DNA from: Octopus bimaculoides
Lineage: Eukaryota
Length of the DNA: 64,000 nt
Reading direction: 5' to 3'
Assembly: GCF_001194135.2 (NCBI RefSeq)
Contig: NC_068985.1
Coordinates: 22,238,632-22,302,631, forward strand
In this document: piece after piece, positions 52,070 through 63,720 of the stretch
Numbering within the stretch: position 1 is the stretch's first letter
Layout: every line of letters begins with the position of its first letter
Notes under the pieces: generated by a model
What the model saw: the letters and a program-made list of their open reading frames with translations, nothing else
What the model was told of the DNA's origin: nothing
The model's database searches: none
Position numbers and translations under genes: made by a program

Positions 52070-52360
52070 CTAAAATACACAGGGCTTAATCCAGGTGTGC
52101 TTCACTACGTCTGTTACTAGGAGCCAGTGAGAAATGGTAAAATATCCGTCGATGAGCGGCAAACATCACATACATGGTCCGTGTGCCGATCGAAGACCAA
52201 AACAAAATTTGAGTAAATGGCTGGTAACAGTAGTCGGCGGGGCGGTTGGAGTGGCGGTAGTAGCAGCAGCAGCAGCGGCGGCGGCAGTGATTAGAACTCG
52301 GTTGGTCGATGGTGGTGACGGACCACAGTGATATCGTAGAGAAATCACACGAGATCACAC
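52070..52360 (-). other. Candidate non-coding first exon (5' UTR) of a minus-strand gene
   Basis: CpG- and GCN-rich segment ending at a consensus donor tttag|gtatgt; contains a 29-codon uORF. Confidence 0.4.
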
Positions 52361-52829
52361 GATATTTTTAGAGTTCCGCTTCATTCTGTATACAAGGTGC
52401 GATATTTTAATTCAATTCTAGTCAAATGTACGTAAACATACATAAATTTACCCCAAAATGGAGTGCACTTTTTAAACCATACTTTATTCCAGTTGCAAAT
52501 AATCTATGTTTAGCCAAGAAAATATAAAAATATACAAAGTAACTTTTTACGCACCCGAATGATTGAAATATGTTTCTTTTTGATTTCTTTTTTTTTTTCA
52601 TAATGCAATTAACAGGTGTTGTGTATTCGTTAACTTTTTTTATAAAATTAAACTTTACACATTTCAGTAGCAAAAAAAAAGTCTTATGTAACTCAGTCTA
52701 TCAATTGTTAAACAAAATTTATCTGAAATATTTTTATTGTTTTTTACTTAGACAAGCATGCGTTTTATAGATGGGTCTTAAAGATTAGCTTAATTTTGTA
52801 TGTCTGTTTTGTAAATATCTCTACTAGCA

Positions 52830-55500
52830 AAAAGGATGAGGTGAGACGCAGAAGTAGCCAGGTGCATGGCAAACCAGTGTCATGCGCTTCTGTATGTCAG
52901 CCACAGTTGCTGGTTCACCAGCCCAGCTAGGGATCCACTGGCTCTATTCGTCGAGCTGTGACAGCAGTTTGATTAGGATTTTGACCGAATAGTGTAAGGG
53001 GTTGCCAAATGAGATGTGGAATTTTGGACGGAGACTGACAGGGGAGATATGTATCAATGTGGCTGGAAACTATGTCCTCCACATATTCATAGTGAACTTT
53101 GCAGTTCATCGTTTTGGGACAGAGGAGCCCAAACCCATACCATCAATTTATGCGCCAAACCACAGGATAACGAGGAGGTTGAAAAGGCCACCCTAACAGA
53201 CTAGACAGTCTTCAGGGAGGAGCTCCGAATACTGACAAGAAGAGTTGCAGGAGAGAGCAAGAGGAGAGCTGTATTCCTGGTTAACCTTTAGATTAATGCA
53301 GTAGCTCCTCAGAAGAGAACTGGTCAATTGACCTGTTCCAAGGACACCGTTAATGAGTGCTTAGAGCAACAGTGAGAGAGGGCCCAACCACCAAGTCTTT
53401 GCAAGACACTTCTAAACATCAAGACCAACTGGATTTCTACTTGGAGTAGCCTTGCTTGAAAATAAAAGTAGTATGAAGGTAAAGATCTAACTTGGCACCA
53501 GGCCTAAGTAGATTCCCATAAAATGGTCTACAAGAACTAGTGAAAGGCTTTGGAAGGCCCGGAAGGTGATTTGAAGGAGAGTTGCCTAATCATAGAGATG
53601 TGGAGAAGGGATATACATACCTAAAGAAGAGAGCTGAGAATATCAACCAACTTTGCATTGTCCAAGTATGGAAAGATTTTTTTTTCAGTATTGTGTCCAA
53701 GAGACTTTTCCACTTTCTGCTGAACAGTATCATCATCAGCATATCAGTACAGAAGGGAGACATACCAGGAGTCCCTAGCTGCCTTGAACACACAGGTGTA
53801 CTGACATAACACATCAAGGAGAAATGACAGGAAATAGAGGACCTGGTTGTTCTGTGGCTGGATTTGGCCAACACTGCACAATCTAGTTGAAGTTGTTCTA
53901 GAAAGACACTATATTCTCCAAAGGTAAAACTACATCATCATGAATGGCAGGGTCCTCTTAAGATAAGAGTAAGGCAACCACACATCAGTGACAAAAATAG
54001 TGCAGAAAACTAAGTGGATCCTCTGGGAACTAAAGAAGTTTGTGGCATGGGAACAGATGAGTTTCAAACCTGCAAAATCCCAATGCATGGTTTTGTAGAA
54101 AGGATAAGAGGGTGGGTATGGGAAGATCAGATTCTATCCCACAGAAAAACCAGTGAAAAGTCTTCAGTTGCAATCTGGAGGACATCAATTCCATCAAGAC
54201 AGAGCTGTGTACAAATCAGGGCTACCAGGAAGATCCAAGGCTTGGGTTTACCAACATCGGATCCTTGAAAAATTACTCTAGCCTTTGCTTGTCTACAAAA
54301 GTCCCCATGACAGTAGCAGAGGGCTTAGAGTTCGTGGTGAGCAGCCACCTTTGCCATGCTCTTAGAGCACATTGTACTATATAGAAACAGTAACAAACTA
54401 AGGTTTCTGTTTAATTCTGTCAGGGAAGAATTTATGGTGTCACAGGTATAAGAACATTTATAGGACACCAAGGTGTCTAGCACAGAGATTACTGTGAGAA
54501 CAGGAAGGAAACAAAATGTAGTCCATCAAGTAGTTGAGCAGCCTTCCTTGGTGGTGTAGAACAAGACAGGGTTGGATTTGAATGCTCTACAACAAGTCAA
54601 TATGACATGGTTAGCAAGCATCAGTGGAGGAAGAGTGGGCAAGCAAAGCAGTGACACTATGAAAACAGTGCCTGGATGAAGTAGGAGCAGGCAATGGAGT
54701 CGAATTATCATTTGATAGAACATCTGGAACTGGAACCCATAGAGGATCAAGTTCTTATCCTGTGCATCAAATCTATTTACATAAGGCATACCTCTGGTGT
54801 TCTATGACGGACCTTCAAGCACATCTTAAGCAGCTGCTCCAACGCACTGAGTGAAAGATTCTATTATTGAAGACATAATCTGGTCCTCAAGATCATTGCT
54901 GAAGCAATCAACAAGGGGATCAGTGACAGCAAAAATACCAGAAAAGCAGCCTTTATTGAAGAGGGAGAGAGGCTTACAAAAAGTCCCAAGAACAGCTCTG
55001 AGACATTACTTTCTGCAGCACAAGACTAGAGATAGAAGTTAATCTGGAGAAACAATTAAAATTTCCAACACATATCACTCAAACCTTGCTGAAACTAGAT
55101 ATCATTTCAGTTTCCAACACAAAGCAACAAATACTACTGGGGTTAATTATGCCCCGAGATGGAGGATGGAAAAGGCACCAGAGAGGAAGTGACAAGCATT
55201 GGTGGAGAATGTGGTGTTTACCAAGTGGTTGGCAGTCAAGAATTTGTTTGCAGATCGTATGCTGAGTAAGGCCTATGAAACTCTGGACATTTCAATTTCA
55301 GGAGTGAGTAGAAGAGCTATCAAAATTAATATAGAGCCTGCTAAAAAAGCAATTGGCTAAAAAGAGGTATCGTTAGGGTCAATAGAAAGCTGTTTGGACA
55401 CAGGCCTAGGCTTGATCAACCTAGGCCAAGTCAATACCCAGTGACTCCAGGACACAACGCTATTGTGTCCAAGTATTACAGCTGTAGATGTATGTTAAAC
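52830..55500 (+). mobile_element. Degenerate near-full-length HERO-clade (RLE) non-LTR retrotransposon
   Basis: RFGTEEPK..PNHR, SVQKGDIPGVPSCLEHTGVLT, LVVLWLDLAN, LKHILSSCSNALSERFYY*RHNLVLKIIAEAIN (zinc knuckle plus RHN), and TLLKLDII...MP (RPD...ELTVPWE) occur in the expected order. Confidence 0.85.
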
Positions 55501-55533
55501 TCATATAACTCTCTACAAGCAAAAATTATACAA

Positions 55534-55745
55534 CTCTTTAGCATTTGAACCAGCTATATCCAAACCAAATATTCTACTTGTTTTATGTTCAAACTGGCCA
55601 GAGTTGGCCTCTCACACCTACTCTACAATGTCATTCTAAAAATAATCACATCATTGAAATCTCAGAACTATGGGATAACACATGATTAGTTCAAAACCAT
55701 GTGAATAAGCATTACATTTGACAGAGTAATCTGAATGTTAAAGGG
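55534..55745. mobile_element. piggyBac-like MITE family D
   Basis: ctctttagcatt...aatgttaaaggg-TTAA, colinear with 16591-16813. Confidence 0.8.
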
Positions 55746-56199
55746 TTAAAATCTAATTGAGTTTTATTGCAAAATCGATTTTATAATTTCTTTGCAAAAA
55801 TTTATATAAATATCGAGATTTGTCACCTCTTGAGATAAAAATCTCAAGAGGTGACAAATTGATCATGCCTGGTAATCTTTCCAAATAATGCTTCAAATTA
55901 ATTTAATTATTTACTTATAGTATCTAGATGCTTGGATATCTGATTCCTGAAATAGTTTGACATTTGATTATTTTGTAAAACATCAAAATTCTTAAGTCAG
56001 AAAAGAACAATATAATGTGTGATCAAAGGCAGCATGGATAGTGAATGGTCGCAAATTAATATTTTGTTGTGTCTGGGGAGTCATTCTCTTTTAATGCCTT
56101 ATTATTTAACACATTCACCAGTAAAGTTTCCACTCATTTATTTATTTTTCCTAAAATTTTCGTTGCATCTTGCATCATTAACACTGTCCATTCTTTTTG

Positions 56200-56640
56200 T
56201 ATATTCATGCACGTGTGTGTGAGTTAATGTGTGCATATACATGTATATATGCAAGCATGTAAGTGCGTATGCATGTGTGTGCATATGTGTATATGTATGT
56301 GTGTATGTTTATATGTATTCTGCATATTCATGTGTTTCTGTGTTTTTATGTGTGTCTGTGTTTGCATGCATGTGTGTCTGCCTCTGTCTCCTTGTGTGTG
56401 CATGTCTGAGTGTGTCTGTGTATGGGCTTTTGTGACTATGTACTGCGTCTGTATGTATGGATGTGTCTCCATATGTCCTTGTGTGAAGTAAAGTGTGTGT
56501 GTGTGTGTGTGTGTGTTTCAGTCTTCATTTGTGTATGTATGTGTGCTTGTCTGTTCATATTACCTATGTACTTATCCGTCTGTATGTCAATCTGTTTACA
56601 TTCCTATTCATTTACCTACATATATATACATATATTATTA
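56200..56640. repeat. Low-complexity degenerate (TG)/(TA) tract
   Basis: Direct reading; source of the C/V/M-rich ORFs. Confidence 0.9.
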
Positions 56641-57734
56641 TAAAATCTGGTAATTAATCATATATTAATTAATATCGATTAATTATCAGGAGGCCAGCAC
56701 ATCTAAAGAATCAAAGAGATTCAGAAATAGTATCTGCAATCTCAGGGGATTAAGGTACATTTTTAAAAAATAACGTTGACCACTAACGTGAACAATTAAT
56801 GTGCTAGAAATAGATCACATCTTGTGTCTATTNNNNNNNNNNNNNNNNNNNNNNNNNNNNNNNNNNNNNNNNNNNNNNNNNNNNNNNNNNNNNNNNNNNN
56901 NNNNNNNNNNNNNNNNNNNNNNNNNNNNNNNNNNNNNNNNNNNNNNNNNNNNNNNNNNNNNNNNNNNNNNNNNNNNNNNNNNNNNNNNNNNNNNNNNNNN
57001 NNNNNNNNNNNNNNNNNNNNNNNNNNNNNNNNNNNNNNNNNNNNNNNNNNNNNNNNNNNNNNNNNNNNNNNNNNNNNNNNNNNNNNNNNNNNNNNNNNNN
57101 NNNNNNNNNNNNNNNNNNNNNNNNNNNNNNNNNNNNNNNNNNNNNNNNNNNNNNNNNNNNNNNNNNNNNNNNNNNNNNNNNNNNNNNNNNNNNNNNNNNN
57201 NNNNNNNNNNNNNNNNNNNNNNNNNNNNNNNNNNNNNNNNNNNNNNNNNNNNNNNNNNNNNNNNNNNNNNNNNNNNNNNNNNNNNNNNNNNNNNNNNNNN
57301 NTTAATTAATATATGATTAATTACCAGATTTTATAATAATATTTTACCCATTACCCATTTTTTCATACTGAATATATACGACGCAGTAAATATTTTCTGC
57401 AGATATATTCCTGGAATTAGCGCGCCAAAACGAAGACTTTTGAATTTTACCATTAAGCTGTAATTAGCAGAACCATATACACGCGCACCCATGGCGATGG
57501 GCAACTCTGTATATGATTCTGATGATTGCGGTTACATTACAAATCAGGCTGAAGAGGAATGGACAATCAGTAAGAATTGTTAAATCCGAAACCGGTACCT
57601 GTTTAAGAATGCTTTTTTTAGGTGATTTTAAATGTCTTGCCCGCTCACGTTTTGGTATGCTGCTATATTTCATGTTGAGAACAATTTAGGTCTTAATAGA
57701 CACAAGATGTTATATATACATATATGTATATCAG

Positions 57735-58360
57735 AAAGATAGGCAATGACTAGTGACTGAGACCTTTGGAAATATGCTGTGCTTGAGAAGACCCAGCAAG
57801 CCAAGTGAGACCATAACCCATGGCCTATGCCAGTGGTATAACTAGCCCACTTATGCGTACCTTTCCTTCATTGGACACTAAACTGCTTGCAAAGACCTGT
57901 TGAGGCAAGTGAAATCGAAATCAAATTTGATGACAGCACTGCATGACTGGCATCCGTGCTAGTGAAGCGCTAAGAGCACCATCCAAGTGTCATCATTGCC
58001 AGGGTCGCTGACTGGCTCCCATGCCAGTGGCACGTAAAAAGCACCATTCGAGCATGATCATTACCAGCATCACCTTACTAGCACGTGAAAAACAACATCC
58101 AAGCGAGGTCGTTGCCAGTGCTGCTGGACTGGCTCCTGTGCAGGTGGCACGTAAAAAACACCATTTGAGCGTGGCCGTTGCCAGTACCACCTGAGGGCCC
58201 TCATGCCAGTGACACGTAAAAGCATCCAGAGTGGTTGACATTAGGAAGGGCATCCAGATCAAATTGGAGCCTAGTGCAGCCATCTGGCTCACCAGTCCTC
58301 AGTCAAACAATCCAACCCATGCCAGCATGGAAAGTAGATGTTAAACGATGATGATGATGA
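57735..58360 (+). mobile_element. 5'-truncated RTE-type LINE: ORF2 end plus tandem-repeat 3' UTR
   Basis: AMTSD*DLWKYAVLEKTQQAK* (cf. RTE terminal DRxxWR), about 4.5 units of about 65 bp, tail gttaaacgatgatgatgatga. Confidence 0.75.
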
Positions 58361-58399
58361 GGAGGAGGGTTTGAGTATACAAGTGTGCTAGAAAGAAGT

Positions 58400-59100
58400 T
58401 ACATAACATTATATGTAATGAAACCAGTGGTACCTGCCCTAGATATAGAAGTAAAGACAGGAATAAAATACAAAGAGCTTGTGACAAAGCAAACAGGGTG
58501 AACACGTGGTACAAAACTGACAAATATCAAGGAGTGATGTTTGTAGAGACCACAGCCCATAGATTTAGAAAAGCTCTGAAGGAGACCAAACTTAACATTA
58601 AGATTCTTGAAAAGCCAGGAAACTCCATCAGATCACAACTATGTAGAACATACCCCCTTTGAGAATACCATATGCACCAATGATAACTGCATGGTGTATA
58701 AGGATTAACCCTGGCATTAACTATAGAACTAGAAATGTAGTCTACAGCAGAAGGTGCTTGTAAAGACAAGAACATGACATACATAGGAGAGACATCTAAG
58801 AGCATAGCAGAAAGACTAAATAGATATTTGAGACAATATGATGACAAAAAACAGTCCTCCATACTCTATCAACATGCCAAGGACCAACATGGAGGCAACC
58901 TGGGTCAACTTGACATCCGCATTTTATCTAAGCACCCAACACTCAGACAAACACATGAGTACGTCCTCATAAATGACACATCCCCAGTACTAAATAGGAA
59001 ATATACGTAGTAGGTAATCATACCCACAGTTTATATATATATATATATACAGGTAGAATACACAGTACTTAGTAATAAAAACCTAGACACACTCAAATAA
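58400..59100 (+). mobile_element. Penelope-like element 3' part (linker plus GIY-YIG endonuclease)
   Basis: INYRTRNVVYS then ORF MTYIGETSKSIAERL...SSILYQHAKDQH...IRILSKHPTLRQTHEYVLINDTSPVLNRK. Confidence 0.88.
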
Positions 59101-59324
59101 CGGACAGAGTCAACAACTATTGAAAAGGTTGCAAGACAACAAAAATTTTAGGAAAAATAAAGAAGTAAATGAGTGGAAACTTTACCGCTGAGTGTGTTAA
59201 ATAATAAGGAACTAAGAGTGACTCTCACCAGACACAACAAAATATGCTTCAACACACAAACTCACATAAAGAATCTTGCAAACCAAATCCAAAATCGATG
59301 CAAATTAATAGTTACCCCTATAAA

Positions 59325-59525
59325 TATTGGTTTCAAATTTTGGCACAAAGCCAGCAATTTTGGGGGTGGGGTAAGCCGATTATATCAACTCCACTGCTCA
59401 ACTGGTACTTATTTTATAAACCCTAAAATGATGAAAGGCAAAGTTGATTTTAGAGGAATTTGAACTCAGAACAAAGACATAAAATGCTGCCAAGCATTTT
59501 GCCTGGCATGCTAACAATTCTACCT
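59325..59525 (-). mobile_element. SINE family C
   Basis: ggtttcaaattttggcacaaagccagc...gatgaaaggcaaagttg...ggaatttgaactcag...gctaacaattct. Confidence 0.82.
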
Positions 59526-59796
59526 GTAATATTAATATAACTGGTGCTATGCCTTTACTATTCATATTATACATAAATGTCTTGTTTAAAATAATGACCA
59601 CCTCTTCACTAAGAATTATTTTATGGACAATCTTGTTATATACAAACCTTTAAGCAGTCAATTTAAGTTTCATTACTCTCAACCTTAATGCTTACATATT
59701 AAAACAAAAAATTCAACATCACATGTGAATGAAACATCAGAAAAACAAAATCATTTGTATACCTACTGACTTATTGTAGAATATGCTAGCATTGAA

Positions 59797-60032
59797 CCCT
59801 TTAGCATTTAAACTGGCTATATCCAGCCCAAATATGTTATCTGTTTTATATTCAAACCAGCCAGATCCATCTTATCACACCTACCCTTCAATGTCATTCT
59901 AAAATTATACAATCACATCAAAATTTCGAAGCTGAGATATTGCAAGATTAATTAAAAACCCTACCCATGCCAACATAGAAGGTGGACATTAAACGATGAT
60001 GATTACTGTGAATAAAAAAGCATTATATTTGG
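59797..60032. mobile_element. MITE family D with a 45-nt RTE-tail insert at about 59960-60005
   Basis: MITE consensus resumes after cctacccatgccaacatagaaggtggacattaaacgatgatgatta. Confidence 0.7.
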
Positions 60033-60799
60033 CATCTGCTGACTTTTCACCAGCATGTTCTTAAGGCAAACAGAGGCACAGATGATGCACCCAGTGGATT
60101 ATTCCCACTTCTAGTTGATGCCAGTTAGATGTCAACTGGTTGGCCAGAAGAAACCCTCTGTAATAATCCATGATGATATAGTTTTACTTTTGAAGAAGGG
60201 TAAATAGAACCTTAATGTAAAAAAAACCCCAAAAAACAAACAAACTTGGAATCAATACAAAACCATCAAATGGTACACCAAATGCCTAGACATGAACATA
60301 TTAGTGACAGACTGCAGGCTGAATTGTTCAAGGGCTTAGAACTAAGATTAGATATATGAGAGGGTAGTACCATGGACAAAATATGGCATAGTGCAGTGGC
60401 ATTTAAAAGTCATAAACTCTGAAGTTAAAACAAATACAAACTTATTCATTTCATCTGTCAAACATTGGCTAAAAGTATCATGTACCTTTGGACTATGACT
60501 AAGAAAGACCTGACAACTAAATGGTTAAAATGAATAGTAGACTGTGTACACACTAAAAATTAATATATTTCTTACAATATCCTAGTTGTGACTGGAATTA
60601 GAGATTTTAATGAGTGGCAACAGAAGCCCAAAATCTGATAGACAGTTTTAGTCTTCTACTATAATTCCAGTTACATTTAGGATGTTTTATAGGAATATTA
60701 CTAACATTTGATTTGTTTTATCAACTGAGATGAAAAGGCAAAATTTACTTCAGCAGGATTTGTACTCAGAACGTAAAGGGACATAACTAAATAATGACA

Positions 60800-61860
60800 G
60801 TATTCTGCAGCAATGCAAATCACTGATCCTTCTCACTATCATACTTATTTTCAATTTGTTAAAGGCAATGAACGATATTCACCAGTACCTTCAATATCAC
60901 CCTCTCCACCTAACAACCACCTGTACTACTTATCCAAATCCACTAGAGATCTAATTTTCTATGTGCCAGTGGACTCACAATGGCTAGAAATTTGATGGAA
61001 ATGTCACCTCAATATCAGCAAAATTTTGAATTCAGTCTGCTCTGCAAATCTATCAAAATTTTATGGATACAATCCAGTCTTCATCTCTTGGAACTAGCTT
61101 CCAATCAGATCACACTATCATGGTGTGCTAATGGAGCCCATTTTGTCCTACACTAGCACTCTGGATTTAGATTTTCATATACATGACCATCCTGCTACCA
61201 TGTTTAACAATGCCCACTTCTGCAAATGATACCCTTCATTCCTCCCTAATTTTCTCCATCTACATACAACTTGAACACTTTACACCAAATCAGAACTATT
61301 TCCATGCCTGGAAGCTTTGAAAGCTATCACCAAAAACAAAATCCATGCACTATTCATATCAAGAAAATATAGCACCACATAACTTTTAACACAGTCGACA
61401 ACTAGAGCCCTCATGCTCACTATTACTGAGGACCTCTTTTGCCAAAAGTAGGTCCTTAACATTGGACCACACCCCTAAAGACCGGACCTTCTCTTCAACA
61501 GTGAGAAGCCTATCTAGTGCATGACACCCACTTATATTTCCTGACCCTACTTCACTAAATATTTTGAGCATCTTAACTTACTTCTGAGACCAACAGCTTT
61601 ATCTGATTGAACTTCAATGTTTGGTTCTTGTTGAGTGTTGGAGTAGGACCTCAAACTTGCTTTTTCTTTATAATAGCATATTCATGCCTCTCTCCAAATT
61701 AAGGGCAAGTGTCATTATTCTGTACTTTTTCGTTCTCTGTAGTACACTGCCTTGTAGACTGGAACACTTCATGCCACAAGACATTTATCAACATCTTTGC
61801 TTCTCTACCTAAGCATACCTGACATCATTATGAATAGTTTTCTATCTTTTCTTTCATGTC
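60800..61860 (+). mobile_element. Degenerate CR1/Jockey-group LINE reverse transcriptase
   Basis: LNISKILNSV (cf. LDISKAFDRV), GVxxG.ILSxT (cf. GVPQGSVLSPT), and SANDTLH (cf. FADDxTL), in the expected order. Confidence 0.5.
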
Positions 61861-61963
61861 TGTGCCTCATATTTTATGCATACTTACAGAATTTATTCCA
61901 CCTTGTCTGGATGGTACCTGAATAACTGTTTCTTCTTGATAGCATAAAATTAACTTTTATTTT

Positions 61964-62703
61964 GGCTCACATGGCAGAGATGTAAACAGAACCCTTACCC
62001 TTTAATTTTTTTTTTTACGGAATCCCACATTTTAGACTATGGAGATTCCAATTCCGAAAATTTTTCTTTAAGAATCGCAATTTCAAAATTTCAATCCGCC
62101 ACCCCTGCAAAGATTTCTGAGTAATTTCCAACAGTAATATGACAAAGTGAAATTAAAGTGTTCATTTGAGGAAATATTTAAGCAGCTTGCTCCAGAGAAA
62201 ATGGTTTTGAAAATAGCATTATTTCCAAAAGTAAAACGTGTTTACACACGCAATATGAATGAGCACTTCAATTTCACTTCATCACAGTATTTCTTTGTTA
62301 TTTTTACTTTTTTTTTTCAGGAGTTTGCTGTTAATTTCTGCACTCATATTTTTTGTAACTTTAAAAAAAAAAAGTCATATTACTGCAGGAAACTACTCAA
62401 AAGAAATCTTTGCAGAAAGGTGAGTAGATTGGTTACATATTTCATGTTATTGCAGTTTTGTGAGATTTGGCTGTTATTTCTAGCACGCGAAGAGTCTGCT
62501 TGAAGGCCAAGGCCATAGAATCGGCAGGGGAGGTGATTGGAGTAAATTNNNNNNNNNNNNNNNNNNNNNNNNNNNNNNNNNNNNNNNNNNNNNNNNNNNN
62601 NNNNNNNNNNNNNNNNNNNNNTCTCCATAGCCTAAAACGTGGGATTTCATTTAAAAAAATCAAAGTGGGAAAGGGTTCAGTTTACATCTCTGCCATGTGA
62701 GCC
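61964..62703. mobile_element. GG-ended DNA transposon derivative with about 80-bp TIRs and 8-bp TSD (Merlin- or MULE-like)
   Basis: ggctcacatggcagagatgtaaac...ctatggaga is mirrored at 62622-62703. Exact TSD tttatttt at 61956-61963 and 62704-62711. Confidence 0.8.
62105..62415. mobile_element. Inner MITE-like inverted repeat nested in 61964-62703
   Basis: ctgcaaagatttc-tgagtaatttccaacagtaatatgac mirrored by gtcatattactgcaggaaactactcaaaagaaatctttgcag. Confidence 0.6.
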
Positions 62704-62725
62704 TTTATTTTATCACATCCCTTAA

Positions 62726-62928
62726 CCCTTTTGCTACCATATTTCTGTTCATCTGTTTCTTTCAATTACTTTAAATATAACAAAGAATTTAGTAAAATTA
62801 CTTAGTTATCATTAAGCTAGTGTTAGGAACATGAATTGTGACTAAGGTTTGGTGAAAGATTTTAATTCAAAACTTATGAAAACAAGACATTTGTACTCAG
62901 AGCCAGAGCCGGTTTGGTAACGAAAGGG
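62726..62928. mobile_element. piggyBac-like MITE
   Basis: TTAA-cccttttgctacca...tggtaacgaaaggg-TTAA (TIR 12/14). Confidence 0.85.
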
Positions 62929-63199
62929 TTAAGACAGATTTGTATGAATGAATCAAAATTATATATACACACACGCATAAGTTTTTCAACCAGTGAACAT
63001 CAATATACTGTAGATACAGAGACACCTAATTCACATTGGTAACTGGTTCTAAGCCATGAGGAAAAAAGAAAAAAAAACTGGCTGCTGAAAGATCTTAATT
63101 CAGATATTTAAATAAAAAATATATGAGGCTGAAAAATTTTAAAAACCAAAAAGCATACAAGACATTTACCTCATTGGTGGCACTAATACACTAGATTGA

Positions 63200-63720
63200 T
63201 CAGAAGCATGGATTAGTTTCCAATTCTAATCAGGCTTAACATGTAACAAGAATTGGATGATTTTCCTCATCATCCCATATAATCTTATAAAGGAACACTA
63301 GCCCCCATAATTCCTTAGCAAAGCACTCAGCTTTAAGATCAGTCTTTTCAAAACAGGTTACTGATTTCTCCATATATGCAAAAGCTTGCTGAATTTTGTT
63401 CTGGTTCCAGTTGCTGTTCATGAAACTATATCAACTCATTTATAAATAGTTGCCAGTCAGCATCAAATAAAGCCAATGCACTTTTGCCCTAGACCTAAAG
63501 AATAAAGATCATGTCACTACTTGAATTGCACAAACCACAACAACCTGGCCTCGAAATCCTGTAATGCTGTCAGGATACTTCTCAAAAGTTGTATAATGAA
63601 AGTGTTCTCTCGAATTATTTTGACTCCTGGTGATACACTAAAAGGTCTGCCATTCAATTAAAAGCAAGCTGTTCCATTTCTTTCATCTTAGAAAACTATA
63701 AGCCACACAATTACTGTCAC
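63200..63720 (-). mobile_element. Degenerate RTE-clade LINE reverse transcriptase remnant
   Basis: Minus strand CG....SSDMIFIL (cf. QCGFRxxRSTxDMIF) followed by TDLKA..F.KELW (cf. DLxKAFD...LW). Confidence 0.5.

Larger units (their letters stand above)
50380..52460. promoter_or_regulatory. CpG-retaining promoter-like region
   Basis: About 21 CpG in 52081-52380 versus 1 in 241-540 (hand count). Free of SINEs, with a GCN-repeat tract and a gcggaact ETS-like site near 52372-52379 on the minus strand. Confidence 0.6.

Noticed and set aside
52134-52331. 65-aa plus-strand ORF with a poly-Ala tract
   Set aside because: The openness is explained by the GC-rich GCN repeat, it has no plus-strand splice donor or homology, and the better splice signal is on the minus strand.
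57944-58230. CRISPR-like array (also considered for 11048-11316)
   Set aside because: The units are diverged tandem repeats without unique spacers, there are no cas genes, and the context is eukaryotic.
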